Assembly (NCBI GenBank): GCA_036259975.1
Contig: DATAAR010000058.1
Coordinates: 1 to 62,218, forward strand
DNA length: 62,218 nt
DNA from: Solirubrobacteraceae bacterium
GTDB lineage: Bacteria > Actinomycetota > Thermoleophilia > Solirubrobacterales > Solirubrobacteraceae
Reading direction: 5' to 3'
Positions 10,097 to 20,545 of the stretch are shown piece by piece. The first letter of the stretch is position 1; every line of letters starts with the position of its first letter. A program made the position numbers and the translations under genes. The notes beneath the pieces are model-generated. The model saw only the letters and a program-made list of their open reading frames with translations, was not told where the DNA came from and did no database searches.

Positions 10097-11142
10097 TCCT
10101 CGCGGTCGTCGGCGTCGGCGTGATCGGCGGGTCGGTCGGGCTGGCCGCCCGCCGGCGGCTCGGCGCGACGGTCCGCGGGGTGGACCCGCGCGCCGCCGAG
10201 GCGCTCGAGGCGGGGGCGATCGACGAGGCCCACGACGACCTCGCCGCCGCGCTCGACGGCGCCGACGCCGCGTTCGTCGCGGTGCCCGTCGCCGCGCTGC
10301 CCGAGACGGTCGGCGCGGCGCTCGCCGCGGCGCCGCCGGGCTGCGTCGTCACCGACGTCGGCTCGACCAAGCGCGCCGTCGTGGCCGCCAACGCCGACGA
10401 GCGTTTCGTCGGCGGCCATCCGCTGGCCGGCTCGGAGGCCGCCGGCGTCGCGCACGCGCGCGAGGACCTCTTCGACGGCGCCGTCTGGTACCTCACGCCG
10501 ACCTCGACGACCTCCGGCCTGATGCTCGAGCGCCTGCACCGGCTGATCACCGGCCTCGGCGCTCGGCCCGTCGCGACCGACGCCGATACCCACGACCGGA
10601 TGATGGCCGCCGTCTCGCATCTGCCGCACGTCGTGGCCAACGTCCTCGTCGGCCTCGCCGGCCGCGCGCTCGACGGCGAGCGCCTCCCGCCCACCGGCCC
10701 GAGCTTCCGCGACGCCACGCGCGTCGCCGGCGCCAACCCGGCGCTGTGGCCCGACATCTACCTCTCCAACCGGGACGCGCTGCTGCCCGCGATCGACGAC
10801 ACGCTCGCGCGCCTCAGCGCCGCACGCGACGCGCTCGCGGCCGGCGACCGCGACCGCCTCGCCGAGTGGCAGCGCGCGGCCGCGGCGGAGCGCGAGGCGC
10901 TGCTCGAGGCCGGCCTGGTCGGCGGCGCCGTCCGCGAGCTGCGCGCCGTCGTCCCCAACCGGCCGGGCGTCATCGCCGACATCGCGCTCACCCTGGGTCG
11001 CGCGGGCATCAACATCTCCGACATGGCGCTCACGCCGTCGCCGGACAACACCCGCGGCGAGATCGCGCTGTGGGTGGCGGAGGGCGACGCGCAGCGCGCC
11101 CAGGAGCTGCTCGAGGGCCTCGGCTTCCCGGTGACCGCCTGA
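10093..11142 (+). CDS. tyrA: prephenate dehydrogenase with C-terminal ACT domain
   Basis: 349 aa: [14 protein letters not shown] (NAD-binding fold), [25 protein letters not shown], and a C-terminal ACT-like region [23 protein letters not shown]. The TTG start overlaps the aroF stop by 4 nt. Confidence 0.85.
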   Translation: MILAVVGVGVIGGSVGLAARRRLGATVRGVDPRAAEALEAGAIDEAHDDLAAALDGADAAFVAVPVAALPETVGAALAAAPPGCVVTDVGSTKRAVVAANADERFVGGHPLAGSEAAGVAHAREDLFDGAVWYLTPTSTTSGLMLERLHRLITGLGARPVATDADTHDRMMAAVSHLPHVVANVLVGLAGRALDGERLPPTGPSFRDATRVAGANPALWPDIYLSNRDALLPAIDDTLARLSAARDALAAGDRDRLAEWQRAAAAEREALLEAGLVGGAVRELRAVVPNRPGVIADIALTLGRAGINISDMALTPSPDNTRGEIALWVAEGDAQRAQELLEGLGFPVTA

Positions 11143-11147
11143 TCGAC

Positions 11148-12446
11148 ATGGCCACGACGCGCTTCGACCCCGCGACCCGGCTGCAGGGCGAGCTGCGCCC
11201 GCCCGCCGACAAGTCGATCTCCCACCGCAGCGCGATCCTCGGGGCGATGGCGAGCACGCCGGTCCGTGTGCGCAACTACCTCGGCGCCGAGGACACGATC
11301 TCGACGCTGAACGCGGTGCGGGCGCTGGGCGCCCGAGTCGAGCAGACGGCGGAGGGGCTCACCATCCACGGGGTCGGCCGCGCCGGCGCCCGCGAGCCCG
11401 ACGGGCACATCGACGTCGGCAACGCCGGCACGCTCATGCGCCTGCTGCCCGGCTGGCTCGCCGCCCAGGAGGGCCGGACCTTCACGCTCGACGGCGACGC
11501 CTCCATCCGCCGCCGGCCCGTCGACCGCATCGCCGCGCCGCTCGGCCTCATGGGCGCGGACGTCGAGGCCCGCGACGGGCGCCTCCCGCCGTTCACCGTG
11601 CGCGGCGCGCGCCTGCACCCGATCGCCTACGACCTGCCGGTCGCGAGCGCCCAGATCAAGTCCGCGGTCGCGCTGGCCGCGCTGTCCGCCGAGGGCGCGA
11701 CCACGATCGCCGAGCCCGCGCCCAGCCGCGACCACACCGAGCGCATGCTCGCTGCGGCCGGCGTCCGCGTGCACCGCAACGGCCGCCGCCTGACGATCGA
11801 GAGCACGCCGGACCTCGGGCTCGACGAGCTGACCGTCCCCGGCGATCCGTCCTCGGCGGCGTTCGCGATCGCCGCCGCGCTGGTCGTCCCCGGCGCCCGG
11901 GTGACCGTCCGCGGCGTGGGGACCAACCACAGCCGCAGCGGCTTCGTGCGCATCGCGCAGCGCATGGGCGGCCGGATCGAGGGCGACATCGAGGCCGACC
12001 CCGGGGACGCGATCCCGGGCTCGGAGCCGGTGAGCGACCTCCACGTCACGGCCGGCCCGCTGCAGGCCACGACGGTGGAGGCCGCCGAGGTGCCGCCGGC
12101 GATCGACGAGCTTCCGCTCGTGGCGCTGCTCGGCTGCTTCGCCGAGGGCGAGACGGTCGTGCGCGGCGCGCAGGAGCTGCGCGTCAAGGAATCCGATCGC
12201 ATCGCCACGGTCGTCGACGGGCTGCGCGGCCTGGGCGCCGACATCGAGGCCACCGAGGACGGCTTCGCCGTGCGCGGCACCGGCGTCCTGCGCGGGGGCG
12301 CGATCGCGTCGCACGGCGACCACCGGCTCGCGATGCTGGGGGCCGTCGCGGGCCTCGCCTCGCGCGACGGCGTCGTGGTCCAGGGCATGGAGGCGGCGGC
12401 CGTCAGCTACCCGGACTTCGAAGCCGACCTCGCGCGCCTGTTGTAA
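11148..12446 (+). CDS. aroA: 3-phosphoshikimate 1-carboxyvinyltransferase (EPSP synthase)
   Basis: 432 aa from [35 protein letters not shown]. Also [19 protein letters not shown] and HGDHRLAM. It is the C-terminal part of an 820 aa track ORF whose upstream part is an artefact. Confidence 0.9.
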   Translation: MATTRFDPATRLQGELRPPADKSISHRSAILGAMASTPVRVRNYLGAEDTISTLNAVRALGARVEQTAEGLTIHGVGRAGAREPDGHIDVGNAGTLMRLLPGWLAAQEGRTFTLDGDASIRRRPVDRIAAPLGLMGADVEARDGRLPPFTVRGARLHPIAYDLPVASAQIKSAVALAALSAEGATTIAEPAPSRDHTERMLAAAGVRVHRNGRRLTIESTPDLGLDELTVPGDPSSAAFAIAAALVVPGARVTVRGVGTNHSRSGFVRIAQRMGGRIEGDIEADPGDAIPGSEPVSDLHVTAGPLQATTVEAAEVPPAIDELPLVALLGCFAEGETVVRGAQELRVKESDRIATVVDGLRGLGADIEATEDGFAVRGTGVLRGGAIASHGDHRLAMLGAVAGLASRDGVVVQGMEAAAVSYPDFEADLARLL

Positions 12447-12454
12447 TTAGGGCC

Positions 12455-14461
12455 ATGCCCGACCCGGGTCCCGCCAGCTCGCCGACCGCCCCCGCGCCCC
12501 CGCCCGACGAGGACCGCCGCGGCTGGCGGGTCGAGCCGGCGCCGGACGGGCGCGGCGCGCCGCCCGCGCCGCGGCCGCCGATGTTCCCGCGCAGCCGCCG
12601 GTTCTTCGCGATCCTCGCGGGGCTCCTCGCCCTGAATTTCGCGCTCGCGTTCTTCACCGGCGGCCCGCCCGACCGCACGCAGGTGCCGTACTCGCCGTTC
12701 TTCCTGCAGCAGGTGGAGGCCGGCAACGTCATCGAGATCTCCGCGCGCGGGGAGACGATCCAGGGCGACCTCCGCAACCCGACGAACTACACGCCGCCAG
12801 GCGAGAAGGCGACGCGGGTTGACCTGTTCAAGACCGAGGTCCCGTCGTTCGTCAACACCGAGAACCTCACCCAGGACCTCGAGAGCAAGGGCGTGGTGCT
12901 CAACGCCGAGCCGCCCGACAGCGGCCGCTCGTTCCTGGCCACGCTGTTCCTCGGCTTCGGCCCGACGATCCTGCTCGTCGCGCTGTTCATCTGGCTCATG
13001 CGCCGACAGATGAGCGGCGGCCCGGGCGGCGTGCTCGGCGGCTTCGGGCGCTCGACCGCGCGCCGCGTCACCGGCGAGGAGAACCGCGTCACGTTCGCGG
13101 ACGTGGCCGGCATCGACGAGGCCGAGAGCGAGCTCGTCGAGATCGTCGACTTCCTCAAGAACCCGCAGAAGTACCAGCGCCTCGGCGCGCGGATCCCGCG
13201 CGGCGTGCTGCTCTACGGGCCGCCGGGCACGGGCAAGACGCTGCTCGCGCGCGCCGTCGCCGGCGAGGCCGAGGCGGCGTTCTTCTCCGCCTCGGCGTCG
13301 GAGTTCGTCGAGGCGATCGTCGGCGTGGGGGCCTCGCGCGTGCGTGACCTGTTCAAGCAGGCCAAGGAGGCGGCGCCGGCGATCATCTTCATCGACGAGC
13401 TCGACGCGATCGGCCGGTCGCGGTCGGGCAACGTCGGCGGCCTGAGCGGCGGCAACGACGAGCGCGAGCAGACGCTCAACCAGATCCTCACCGAGATGGA
13501 CGGCTTCTCGCCGCAGGACAACGTCATCGTCCTCGGCGCGACGAACCGCCCCGAGGTGCTCGACCCGGCGCTCCTGCGCCCGGGCCGCTTCGACCGGCGC
13601 ATCGCCGTGCAGCCGCCCGACAAGCCGGGGCGCGTGAAGATCCTCGAGATCCACACCCGCTCGGTGCCGCTGCACGAGGACGTCGACCTCGAGCAGATCG
13701 CCGCCTCGACGCCGGGCATGACCGGCGCCGACCTCGCGCTCCTCGTCAACGAGTCGGCGCTGTTCGCCGCCCGTCACGGCGAGGACGCCGTCCACCAGCA
13801 CGACTTCACCGAGGCGATCGAGAAGATCATCCTCGGCACCGAGCGCCAGGTCGTCATGACCGACGCCGACCGCGAGCGCACGGCGTACCACGAGTCCGGT
13901 CACGCGCTCGTCGGGATGCTCACGCCCGGGACCGACCCGGTCCGCAAGATCTCGATCATCCCGCGCGGCCAGGCCCTCGGCGTGACGCTGTCCACGCCCG
14001 AGTCGGACCGCTACGGCTACGAGCGCGAGGAGCTGATCGCGAAGATCAAGGTCGCGCTCGGCGGCCGCGCGGCCGAGCGCGTCGTGTACGGCGAGACGAC
14101 CACGGGCGCGGAGTCCGACATCCAGCAGCTCACCCAGATCGCCCGCGGGATCGTCGGCCGCTGGGGCATGAGCGACGTCATCGGCCCCGTCGCCGTCATC
14201 GACGGCCGCCAGGGCGGGCCGCTGCTTCCCGGCACGTCGGATGTCTCCGAGCACACGCAGCGGCTGATCGACGAGGAGGTCCGCCGCGTCATCGAGATCG
14301 CCGAGCAGGAGACGATCGCACTGCTCGAGCGCGAGCGCGCGCGCCTCGAGGCCCTCGCCCGCGCGCTGCTCGAGCGCGAGACGCTCGACCAGCCCGACGC
14401 CTACGAGATCGCGGGCGTCGAGGCGCCGGTGGCCGAGGAGCCGGAGACCGCGCCCGCGTAG
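12455..14461 (+). CDS. ftsH: ATP-dependent zinc metalloprotease FtsH
   Basis: 668 aa: TM segments, AAA+ Walker [17 protein letters not shown], Walker [33 protein letters not shown], and zinc motif HESGHAL. It starts only 8 nt after aroA. The proline-rich N-terminal 40 aa make the exact start uncertain. Confidence 0.9.
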   Translation: MPDPGPASSPTAPAPPPDEDRRGWRVEPAPDGRGAPPAPRPPMFPRSRRFFAILAGLLALNFALAFFTGGPPDRTQVPYSPFFLQQVEAGNVIEISARGETIQGDLRNPTNYTPPGEKATRVDLFKTEVPSFVNTENLTQDLESKGVVLNAEPPDSGRSFLATLFLGFGPTILLVALFIWLMRRQMSGGPGGVLGGFGRSTARRVTGEENRVTFADVAGIDEAESELVEIVDFLKNPQKYQRLGARIPRGVLLYGPPGTGKTLLARAVAGEAEAAFFSASASEFVEAIVGVGASRVRDLFKQAKEAAPAIIFIDELDAIGRSRSGNVGGLSGGNDEREQTLNQILTEMDGFSPQDNVIVLGATNRPEVLDPALLRPGRFDRRIAVQPPDKPGRVKILEIHTRSVPLHEDVDLEQIAASTPGMTGADLALLVNESALFAARHGEDAVHQHDFTEAIEKIILGTERQVVMTDADRERTAYHESGHALVGMLTPGTDPVRKISIIPRGQALGVTLSTPESDRYGYEREELIAKIKVALGGRAAERVVYGETTTGAESDIQQLTQIARGIVGRWGMSDVIGPVAVIDGRQGGPLLPGTSDVSEHTQRLIDEEVRRVIEIAEQETIALLERERARLEALARALLERETLDQPDAYEIAGVEAPVAEEPETAPA

Positions 14462-15669
14462 CGCTCCTCGTCGCGGCGCAGGCCGGCGGCCACGTACAGC
14501 ACGACGCAGATCGCGGCCGGCACGAGCGCGGCCGCCCACATCGTCGCGTCGATCCCGACCCACTTCGACACCGGCCCCGTGAGCGCGAAGCTCACCGGCG
14601 TGAGCGCGATCGACACGAACCAGTCGAGGCTGTGGACGCGCCCGCGCAGCTCGGGCGGCACGCGCGTCGACATGAGCGTGCCCCACACGACCATGCCGGC
14701 CGTCATGCAGGTGCCGTAGACGAGCGAGAGCAGCCCGAGCTGCCACAGCGCGGTCCCGTACGCGTAGCCGATCAGCGGCAGCGTCCCGACCGTCCACGCG
14801 CCGTACATGAAGGTCAGGTAGCGCCGCGGCACGCCGCGCTGGCTGAGCCACAGCGAGACGAGGATCGAGCCGACGCCGGCGCAGGCGAGGACCGCGCCAT
14901 AGCCGCCCGCGCCGCCGCCGACGTCGTTGCGCACGATGAACGGCAGCAGCACCTCGAGCGGCCCGAGGAAGAACAGCAGGCCGGTGCTCGCCGCGACGAG
15001 CGTCGCCCACAGCCACGGCTGCCCGCGCACGAAGCGCAGGCCCTCGCGCAGCTCGCGCCGTGCGGAGCGGGCGCGGGCCTGCGGCAGCGAGCGGACCTGC
15101 AGCGCGGCGATGCACGCCGCGCTGAGCAGGAACGTCGCGGCGTCGATGAGGAACGCGGTGCCCGGCCCGACGAGCGCCACGACGGCGCCGCCGAGCGCCG
15201 GGCCGAGCAGCCGCGCGGCGGCCTGGCGCACGAGCTGGTCCAGCGCGTTGGCCTGCACCAGGTGCTCGGTGGCGACGACGTCGGGCACGAGCGCGCCGAA
15301 CGCGGGCCCGAAGAACGCCTCGCCCGCGCCGATCAGCAGCGACAGGGCGACGAGGTGCCAGATCTCGACCCCGCCGGTCAACGACAGCACGCCCATGGCG
15401 ACCAGCGCCGCGCAGCGCAGCAGGTCGGCCGCGATCAGCACCTTCCGGCGCTCGGCGCGGTCGGACACGATGCCGCCGGTGAGCAGGAACGCGACCATGC
15501 CGACCGTCCACGCCGTGCCCACCAGCGACAGGGCGACCGGGTCGTTGTCGAGGTCGTAGACCTGCCACGCCTGCGCCACGAGGAAGATGCCGTCGCCGAG
15601 CAGCGAGATCGTCATCCCGAGCCAGAGCAGCGCGAAGTCGCGCTCGCGCAGCGGGCGCAGCAGCTTCAT
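14401..15669 (-). CDS. MFS transporter (EntS/DHA3-like)
   Basis: 422 aa with about 12 hydrophobic segments: [20 protein letters not shown]...[14 protein letters not shown]. Its 3' end overlaps the ftsH 3' end by 61 nt (convergent). Confidence 0.8.
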   Translation of the reverse strand: MKLLRPLRERDFALLWLGMTISLLGDGIFLVAQAWQVYDLDNDPVALSLVGTAWTVGMVAFLLTGGIVSDRAERRKVLIAADLLRCAALVAMGVLSLTGGVEIWHLVALSLLIGAGEAFFGPAFGALVPDVVATEHLVQANALDQLVRQAAARLLGPALGGAVVALVGPGTAFLIDAATFLLSAACIAALQVRSLPQARARSARRELREGLRFVRGQPWLWATLVAASTGLLFFLGPLEVLLPFIVRNDVGGGAGGYGAVLACAGVGSILVSLWLSQRGVPRRYLTFMYGAWTVGTLPLIGYAYGTALWQLGLLSLVYGTCMTAGMVVWGTLMSTRVPPELRGRVHSLDWFVSIALTPVSFALTGPVSKWVGIDATMWAAALVPAAICVVLYVAAGLRRDEERYAGAVSGSSATGASTPAIS

Positions 15670-15689
15670 GGCTCTATCGTGGCAGGCCC

Positions 15690-16253
15690 ATGCTCGTCGC
15701 CATCGACGGTCCCGCGGGGGCCGGCAAGTCGACCGTCGCCCGCGCCGCCGCGGATGCGCTCGGCTTCACGTACCTCAACAGCGGAGCGATGTACCGCGCC
15801 GTCGCGCTGGCCGGCGACCGCGAGCCGGCCAGCCTGCACATCGCCTTCGATGGCGACCGCGTCCTGCTCGACGGCGAGGACGTGACGGAGAGGATCCGCG
15901 CCGCGGAGATCTCCGATCTCGCGTCCAAGCGCGCCGCGGACCCATCGGTCCGCGAGGCGCTCGTGGCCAAGCAGCGCGAGCTGCTCGCCTCGGGCGACTG
16001 GGTGGCCGAGGGCCGCGACATCGGCACGGTCGTCGCCCCCGGCGCCGACCTCAAGGTGTGGCTGACGGCCGACCCCGAGGAGCGCGCCCGCCGCCGCGGC
16101 GAGCCGCCCGACGACGTCCGCGCGCGCGACGAGCGCGACGCCTCGCGCGAGCACAGCCCGATGGTCGCCGCCGCCGACGCCGTGGAGGTCGACACGACCG
16201 GCCTCTCGATCGACGAGGTGGTCGCCCGCGTCGTCGCCCTGGTGCGCGGATGA
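15690..16253 (+). CDS. cmk: (d)CMP kinase
   Basis: 187 aa: [37 protein letters not shown]. Somewhat short for the family. Confidence 0.85.
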   Translation: MLVAIDGPAGAGKSTVARAAADALGFTYLNSGAMYRAVALAGDREPASLHIAFDGDRVLLDGEDVTERIRAAEISDLASKRAADPSVREALVAKQRELLASGDWVAEGRDIGTVVAPGADLKVWLTADPEERARRRGEPPDDVRARDERDASREHSPMVAAADAVEVDTTGLSIDEVVARVVALVRG

Positions 16254-17626
16254 AGGTCGCGGTCGTCGGCTATCCGAACGTCGGCAAGTCGTCGCTCGTC
16301 AACCGCCTGAGCGGCTCCCGCCAGGCGGTCGTCCACGAGCGCTCGGGGGTCACGCGCGACCGCAACGAGATCGCGGCCGAGTGGAACGGCCGGCGCTTCA
16401 CGCTCATCGACACCGGCGGCATGGACTTCCTCGACCCCGATCCGATCTCGGGGTCGATCCGCGAGCAGGCCCAGGCGGCGCTCGCCGATGCGCAGGTCGC
16501 CGTGCTCACGGTCGACGCGCGCGCCGGCCTGCGCCCGGGCGACGAGGAGCTCGCCGACCTGCTGCGGCGCTGGGACCGCCCGGTCGTCGTGGCCGCGAAC
16601 AAGATCGACTCGGTGGGCGACATGCCGCTGGCGGCCGAGTTCTACGCGCTCGGCCTGGGCGACCCGGTCGCGGTCTCGGCGGCGCAGGGCCTCGGCACCG
16701 GCGACCTGCTCGACCGCGTCGTCGAGCTGCTGCCCGAGGGGGACGACGCGGAGGAGCGCGAGGACGTCGTCCGCCTCGCCGTGGTCGGCCGCCCGAACGT
16801 CGGCAAGTCGACCCTCGTCAACCGCTTCCTCGGCACCGAGCGCGTCATCGTCTCCGAGGTCGCGGGCACGACGCGCGATGCCATCGACCTGCCGCTCGAG
16901 GTCGACGGGCGACGCGTGATACTGGTCGACACCGCCGGCCTGCGCCGTCAGGCCAAGGTGCAGGACTCCGTCGAGTACTACACCGCGCTGCGCTCGCAGC
17001 GCGCGGTCGAGCGCGCCGACGTCGCGCTCGTCGTGTGCGACGCGACCGACGGCATCACGAGCCAGGACCTGCGCATCGCCGAGCTCGCGATGCAGGAGTC
17101 GTGCGCGACCGCGCTCGTGCTCAACAAGTGGGACGCGACCGGCATGGACGAGGACGACCTCGACCACGAGCGCGCCCGCGTCGCGCAGAAGCTCCGGCTG
17201 CGCCCGAAGGTCCTGACCGCGAGCGCGCAGACCGGCCGCCACGTCGGGCGCGTGCTCGCCGAGGCGCTCGCGCTCGGCGACAGGATGCACAACCGCATCC
17301 CGACGCCGCAGCTCAACCGGTTCCTGTCCGAGCTCGTCCAGGAGCGCCAGCCGCCGGCCAAGCAGGGCCACCGCCTGAAGCTCCTCTACATGGCGCAGAT
17401 CGGCACGTCGCCGCCGCGGTTCGCCGTCCAGGTGAACTCGCGCAGCCGCGTGACGCGCGACTACGCCTACTTCCTCGAGAACCGCCTGCGCGCGCGGTTC
17501 GGGATGGACGGCGTGCCGCTCGTGATCGACTTCAACGAGCGCGGATCGGGGCGTCGCGCCCCGGCCGCCGAGCGCGCCGGCAGAAGGCCCGGCCGGTCCG
17601 GGCGGGCGGGCAGCCAGTACCCTTAA
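16250..17626 (+). CDS. der: ribosome-biogenesis GTPase Der (EngA), two tandem GTPase domains plus KH-like domain
   Basis: 458 aa from [20 protein letters not shown]. The second G domain has [14 protein letters not shown], plus DTAG and NKWD. ATGA overlap with the cmk stop. Confidence 0.9.
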   Translation: MKVAVVGYPNVGKSSLVNRLSGSRQAVVHERSGVTRDRNEIAAEWNGRRFTLIDTGGMDFLDPDPISGSIREQAQAALADAQVAVLTVDARAGLRPGDEELADLLRRWDRPVVVAANKIDSVGDMPLAAEFYALGLGDPVAVSAAQGLGTGDLLDRVVELLPEGDDAEEREDVVRLAVVGRPNVGKSTLVNRFLGTERVIVSEVAGTTRDAIDLPLEVDGRRVILVDTAGLRRQAKVQDSVEYYTALRSQRAVERADVALVVCDATDGITSQDLRIAELAMQESCATALVLNKWDATGMDEDDLDHERARVAQKLRLRPKVLTASAQTGRHVGRVLAEALALGDRMHNRIPTPQLNRFLSELVQERQPPAKQGHRLKLLYMAQIGTSPPRFAVQVNSRSRVTRDYAYFLENRLRARFGMDGVPLVIDFNERGSGRRAPAAERAGRRPGRSGRAGSQYP

Positions 17627-17650
17627 CCGCCTCTAGTGCCAGCTCCTGCC

Positions 17651-17666
17651 CCGGGCGCGCGCCCGG
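17651..17666 (+). terminator. GC palindrome (CCGGGCGCGCGCCCGG) 25 nt after the der stop, possible terminator stem
   Basis: A perfect 16-nt palindrome seen in the sequence. There is no U-tract, so function is uncertain. Confidence 0.3.
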
Positions 17667-17724
17667 AGCGGCCCGTGTCGCGCGCCGCAGGAGACGACCC
17701 GACCGGAGCGTTCCGCCTGATCCC

Positions 17725-18963
17725 ATGACCCAGCTGTCTGACAACGAGTACCTGTTCACGTCCGAGTCCGTGACCGAGGGCCACCCGGACAAGATCGCCG
17801 ACCAGATCTCCGACGGCGTCCTCGACGCGGTGCTGCGCGACGACCCCTACGGGCGCGTGGCGTGCGAGACGCTCGTGAACACCGGGCTCGTCGTCGTGTC
17901 GGGCGAGATCACCACCGAGACGTACGTCGACATCCAGGACGTGGCGCGCTCGACGATCCGCAAGATCGGCTACACCGACGCCGACCTGGGCTTCAGCGCC
18001 GACTCCTGCGCGGTCATCAACGCCATCGACAAGCAGTCCCCCGACATTGCCCAGGGCGTCGACTCCGCCTACGAGGCGCGCCACGACCCGGCCGACGACG
18101 ATGCACTGGACGTCGCCGGCGCCGGCGACCAGGGGATGATGTTCGGCTACGCGACGCGCGAGACCGACGAGCTCATGCCGCTGCCGATCTGGCTGGCGCA
18201 CCGGCTCGCGCACCGCCTGGCGGACGTGCGCAAGGCGGAGGTGCTGCCCTACCTGCGTCCGGACGGCAAGACGCAGGTCACGGTCCGCTACCTGGACGGC
18301 AGGCCGGTCGAGATCGAGAAGGTGCTGATCTCGACGCAGCACCGCGATGGGGTCGACTCCGATTCGCTGATCAAGCCCGACCTGTTCGAGCACGTGCTGC
18401 TGCCGATCCTGCCGCACGACATGTTCGACGAGAAGAAGCTCATGAAGAACTTCCTCGTCAACCCGACCGGCCGGTTCGTGATCGGCGGGCCGGTGGGCGA
18501 CTGCGGCCTCACCGGCCGCAAGATCATCGTCGACACGTATGGCGGCATGGCGCGCCACGGCGGCGGCGCGTTCAGCGGCAAGGACCCGTCGAAGGTGGAT
18601 CGGTCGGCGGCGTACGCGGCGCGCTACGTGGCCAAGAACGTGGTCGCGGCGGGCCTGGCCGACCGCGCCGAGGTGCAGGTGGCCTACGCGATCGGCGTGG
18701 CGCACCCGGTGTCGGTGATGGTGGAGACGTTCGGGACCGAGAAGGTCAGCCGGGCCCGAATCCACGCGCTCGTGGAAGAGCACTTCGACCTGCGCCCGGG
18801 CGCGTTCCGCGAGTCCCTGAAGCTTCACCGCCCGATCTACCAGAAGACCGCCGCCTACGGGCACTTCGGGCGCGAGGACCACGACTTCACGTGGGAGAAG
18901 ACCGACAAGGCGGAGGCGCTGCGCCAGGCCGCCGGCCTGGGCGCCGCCGAGGCGGCCGTCTAG
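17725..18963 (+). CDS. metK: S-adenosylmethionine synthetase (methionine adenosyltransferase)
   Basis: 412 aa: [73 protein letters not shown]. Confidence 0.95.
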   Translation: MTQLSDNEYLFTSESVTEGHPDKIADQISDGVLDAVLRDDPYGRVACETLVNTGLVVVSGEITTETYVDIQDVARSTIRKIGYTDADLGFSADSCAVINAIDKQSPDIAQGVDSAYEARHDPADDDALDVAGAGDQGMMFGYATRETDELMPLPIWLAHRLAHRLADVRKAEVLPYLRPDGKTQVTVRYLDGRPVEIEKVLISTQHRDGVDSDSLIKPDLFEHVLLPILPHDMFDEKKLMKNFLVNPTGRFVIGGPVGDCGLTGRKIIVDTYGGMARHGGGAFSGKDPSKVDRSAAYAARYVAKNVVAAGLADRAEVQVAYAIGVAHPVSVMVETFGTEKVSRARIHALVEEHFDLRPGAFRESLKLHRPIYQKTAAYGHFGREDHDFTWEKTDKAEALRQAAGLGAAEAAV

Positions 18964-18976
18964 CGGCGTCGCCGCT

Positions 18977-19561
18977 TCAGGCTCCGGGAGCCCGGCCGCC
19001 GGTCGGGCTCCCGCCCCGCTCGCGCAGGGGGCACCCGGCGAGATGGTCGTTCACGACGCCGCAGGCCTGCATGAGCGCGTAGAGCGTCGTCGGGCCGACG
19101 AAGCGAAAGCCGCGCCGCTTGAGCTCCTTGGCGAGCGCGACCGTCTCGGGCGTCTGGGACGGGATGTCGGCGAGCGTGCGCGGCGGCGCGGCGCGCGGCG
19201 GCGGCCGGTAGCGCTCCCAGATCAGCTCGGGGAGCGGCGGCCCGTCCTCGCGCAGCGCCACCGTCGCGCGCGCGTTCGCGATCGTCGCCTCGATCTTGGC
19301 CCGGTTGCGCACGATGCCGGCGTCGGCGAGCAGGCGCGCGACGTCCGCGTCCCCGAACCGCGCGACCGCGTCGGGGTCGAAGCCGGCGAACGCCGCCCGG
19401 AACGCCTCGCGCTTGCGCAGGATCGTCAGCCACGACAGGCCCGACTGGAACGCCTCGAGGCTCATGCGCTCGAAGAGGCCGCGCTCGTCGGGGACCGGGC
19501 GGCCCCACTCCTCGTCGTGGTAGCGCTCGTAGAGCGGATCGCCGTCGCCGAAGCACCGCAT
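18977..19561 (-). CDS. tag: DNA-3-methyladenine glycosylase I
   Basis: 194 aa: MRCFGDGDPLYERYHDEEWGRPV...LEAFQSGLSWLTILRKREAFR...GIVRNRAKI. Confidence 0.9.
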   Translation of the reverse strand: MRCFGDGDPLYERYHDEEWGRPVPDERGLFERMSLEAFQSGLSWLTILRKREAFRAAFAGFDPDAVARFGDADVARLLADAGIVRNRAKIEATIANARATVALREDGPPLPELIWERYRPPPRAAPPRTLADIPSQTPETVALAKELKRRGFRFVGPTTLYALMQACGVVNDHLAGCPLRERGGSPTGGRAPGA

Positions 19562-19804
19562 GGGCGAGTCCTTTTACCGGCGCCGGCGGACGCTGCGCCG
19601 GCCGGCCGGATCGGCGCGTCGAGCGGACGCGGCTCGCGGAATCCTGCGCAAAATCCGGGCGCTGCTCTTGATCCGCGGCGTGGTTGGCTGCCAACGTGCC
19701 AGCTCTTCGGTCCAGAGGCGGGTGCGGAGCCGGGGTCGCCCCGGGCGGCTCGCCGCCCGTTCGCCTCGGCCGAGCGGCGAACGAGAGAGGGGAGAGGGGA
19801 AGGA

Positions 19805-20053
19805 ATGCCGCTCGAAGCGATGCAGATCGAGGTGGAGCGCCGGATGCGCCGCGGGGAGCGGTTCGCCGACGTGGAGGACATCATCAACGAGAGCAACCTC
19901 ACGACCGACGAGAAGTCGGCGCTGTGGCTGCTCGCCTGGACGTACCTCGACCGCCACGCCCAGCGCCGGGAGGCGCGCGCGCACCTGCGCCATCTCAGGG
20001 CGCGCGGGCAGCGGATCTCGGTCAAGCGCCGCTGGCGCCTGAACGCGGTGTAG
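19805..20053 (+). CDS. hypothetical protein (82 aa)
   Basis: The ATG is preceded by a purine-rich SD (GGGGAAGGA). GC3 is high throughout: MPLEAMQIEVERRMRRGERFADVEDIINESNLTTDEKSALWLLAWTYLDR.... I recognise no family. Confidence 0.5.
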   Translation: MPLEAMQIEVERRMRRGERFADVEDIINESNLTTDEKSALWLLAWTYLDRHAQRREARAHLRHLRARGQRISVKRRWRLNAV

Positions 20054-20518
20054 TCAGAGCCGCCCGGCGGCCGCGCGCTGCGCGCGGTCGACCGCCGCGA
20101 CGACGCCGGCCGGGTCGGCGATGCCGCGGAACGTGAAGTCGCTGTCGTCGGTGCCGGCGGTGTCGAAGTCGACGGTGCCGATGCGCAGCACGCGCTCGCC
20201 GAGGCTCTGGGCGGTGTTGACGTTCTGCACGCGGTCGATATGGGTCTGCTGCACGTGCTTGGAGAGGATCCCGCGGCGGATGCGCAGCCGCTGCGTCGTG
20301 ACGACGTAGTGCGTGGCCATCCGCTGCAGGAGGCCTCCGAGCAGCACGAGCAGCAGGGCGGCGATCACAACCGCCACGCCCACGCCGGTCCCCGCGGCGA
20401 CGCCCGCGACGACCCCGGCGGCGACGGCGGCGAGGAAGCCTAGAACGTAGAAGCGCAGCGTCGCGCGCCACGACGGGTGGCCCTCGAAGACGATCTCCTC
20501 GCCGGGGTGCAGGTCCAT
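20054..20518 (-). CDS. bacterial PH-domain (bPH_2/YdbS-YdbT-like) membrane protein
   Basis: 154 aa: GEEIVFEGHPSW, two TM segments, then HYVVTTQRLRIRRGILSKHVQQTHIDRVQNV...GTVDFDTAG. Confidence 0.75.
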   Translation of the reverse strand: MDLHPGEEIVFEGHPSWRATLRFYVLGFLAAVAAGVVAGVAAGTGVGVAVVIAALLLVLLGGLLQRMATHYVVTTQRLRIRRGILSKHVQQTHIDRVQNVNTAQSLGERVLRIGTVDFDTAGTDDSDFTFRGIADPAGVVAAVDRAQRAAAGRL

Positions 20519-20545
20519 CGCGGCGCGAGACTATCGTGGCACGCG

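Noticed and set aside
5550-15568. Other giant ORFs in this stretch (5550-8783 minus, 12407-15568 minus, 9984-11147 plus and similar), and their counterparts elsewhere in the window (36556-38829 plus, 46264-49725 minus upstream of 46899, 46959-50405 plus, 49466-52873 minus).
   Set aside because: The reasoning is the same as above. They overlap motif-supported genes in other frames, lack any recognisable domain, and have the Arg/Pro/Gly-rich composition expected from off-frame reading of GC-rich coding DNA.
17627-17724. A possible SAM riboswitch in the 98-nt spacer upstream of metK. AGUGCCAGC superficially resembles part of the SAM-IV core.
   Set aside because: The spacer is too short for SAM-I or SAM-IV. 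I could not build the required P1/P2/pseudoknot architecture. The only convincing structure is the GC palindrome at 17651-17666, which is better explained as the der terminator. A covariance-model scan would settle this.
20477-20545. The track start of priA at 20477.
   Set aside because: The extra 23 codons are antisense to the N-terminus of the PH-domain gene. PriA homology (VPIAQVEPL...FDYERP) begins at GTG 20546, which is also preceded by a TANNNT box.
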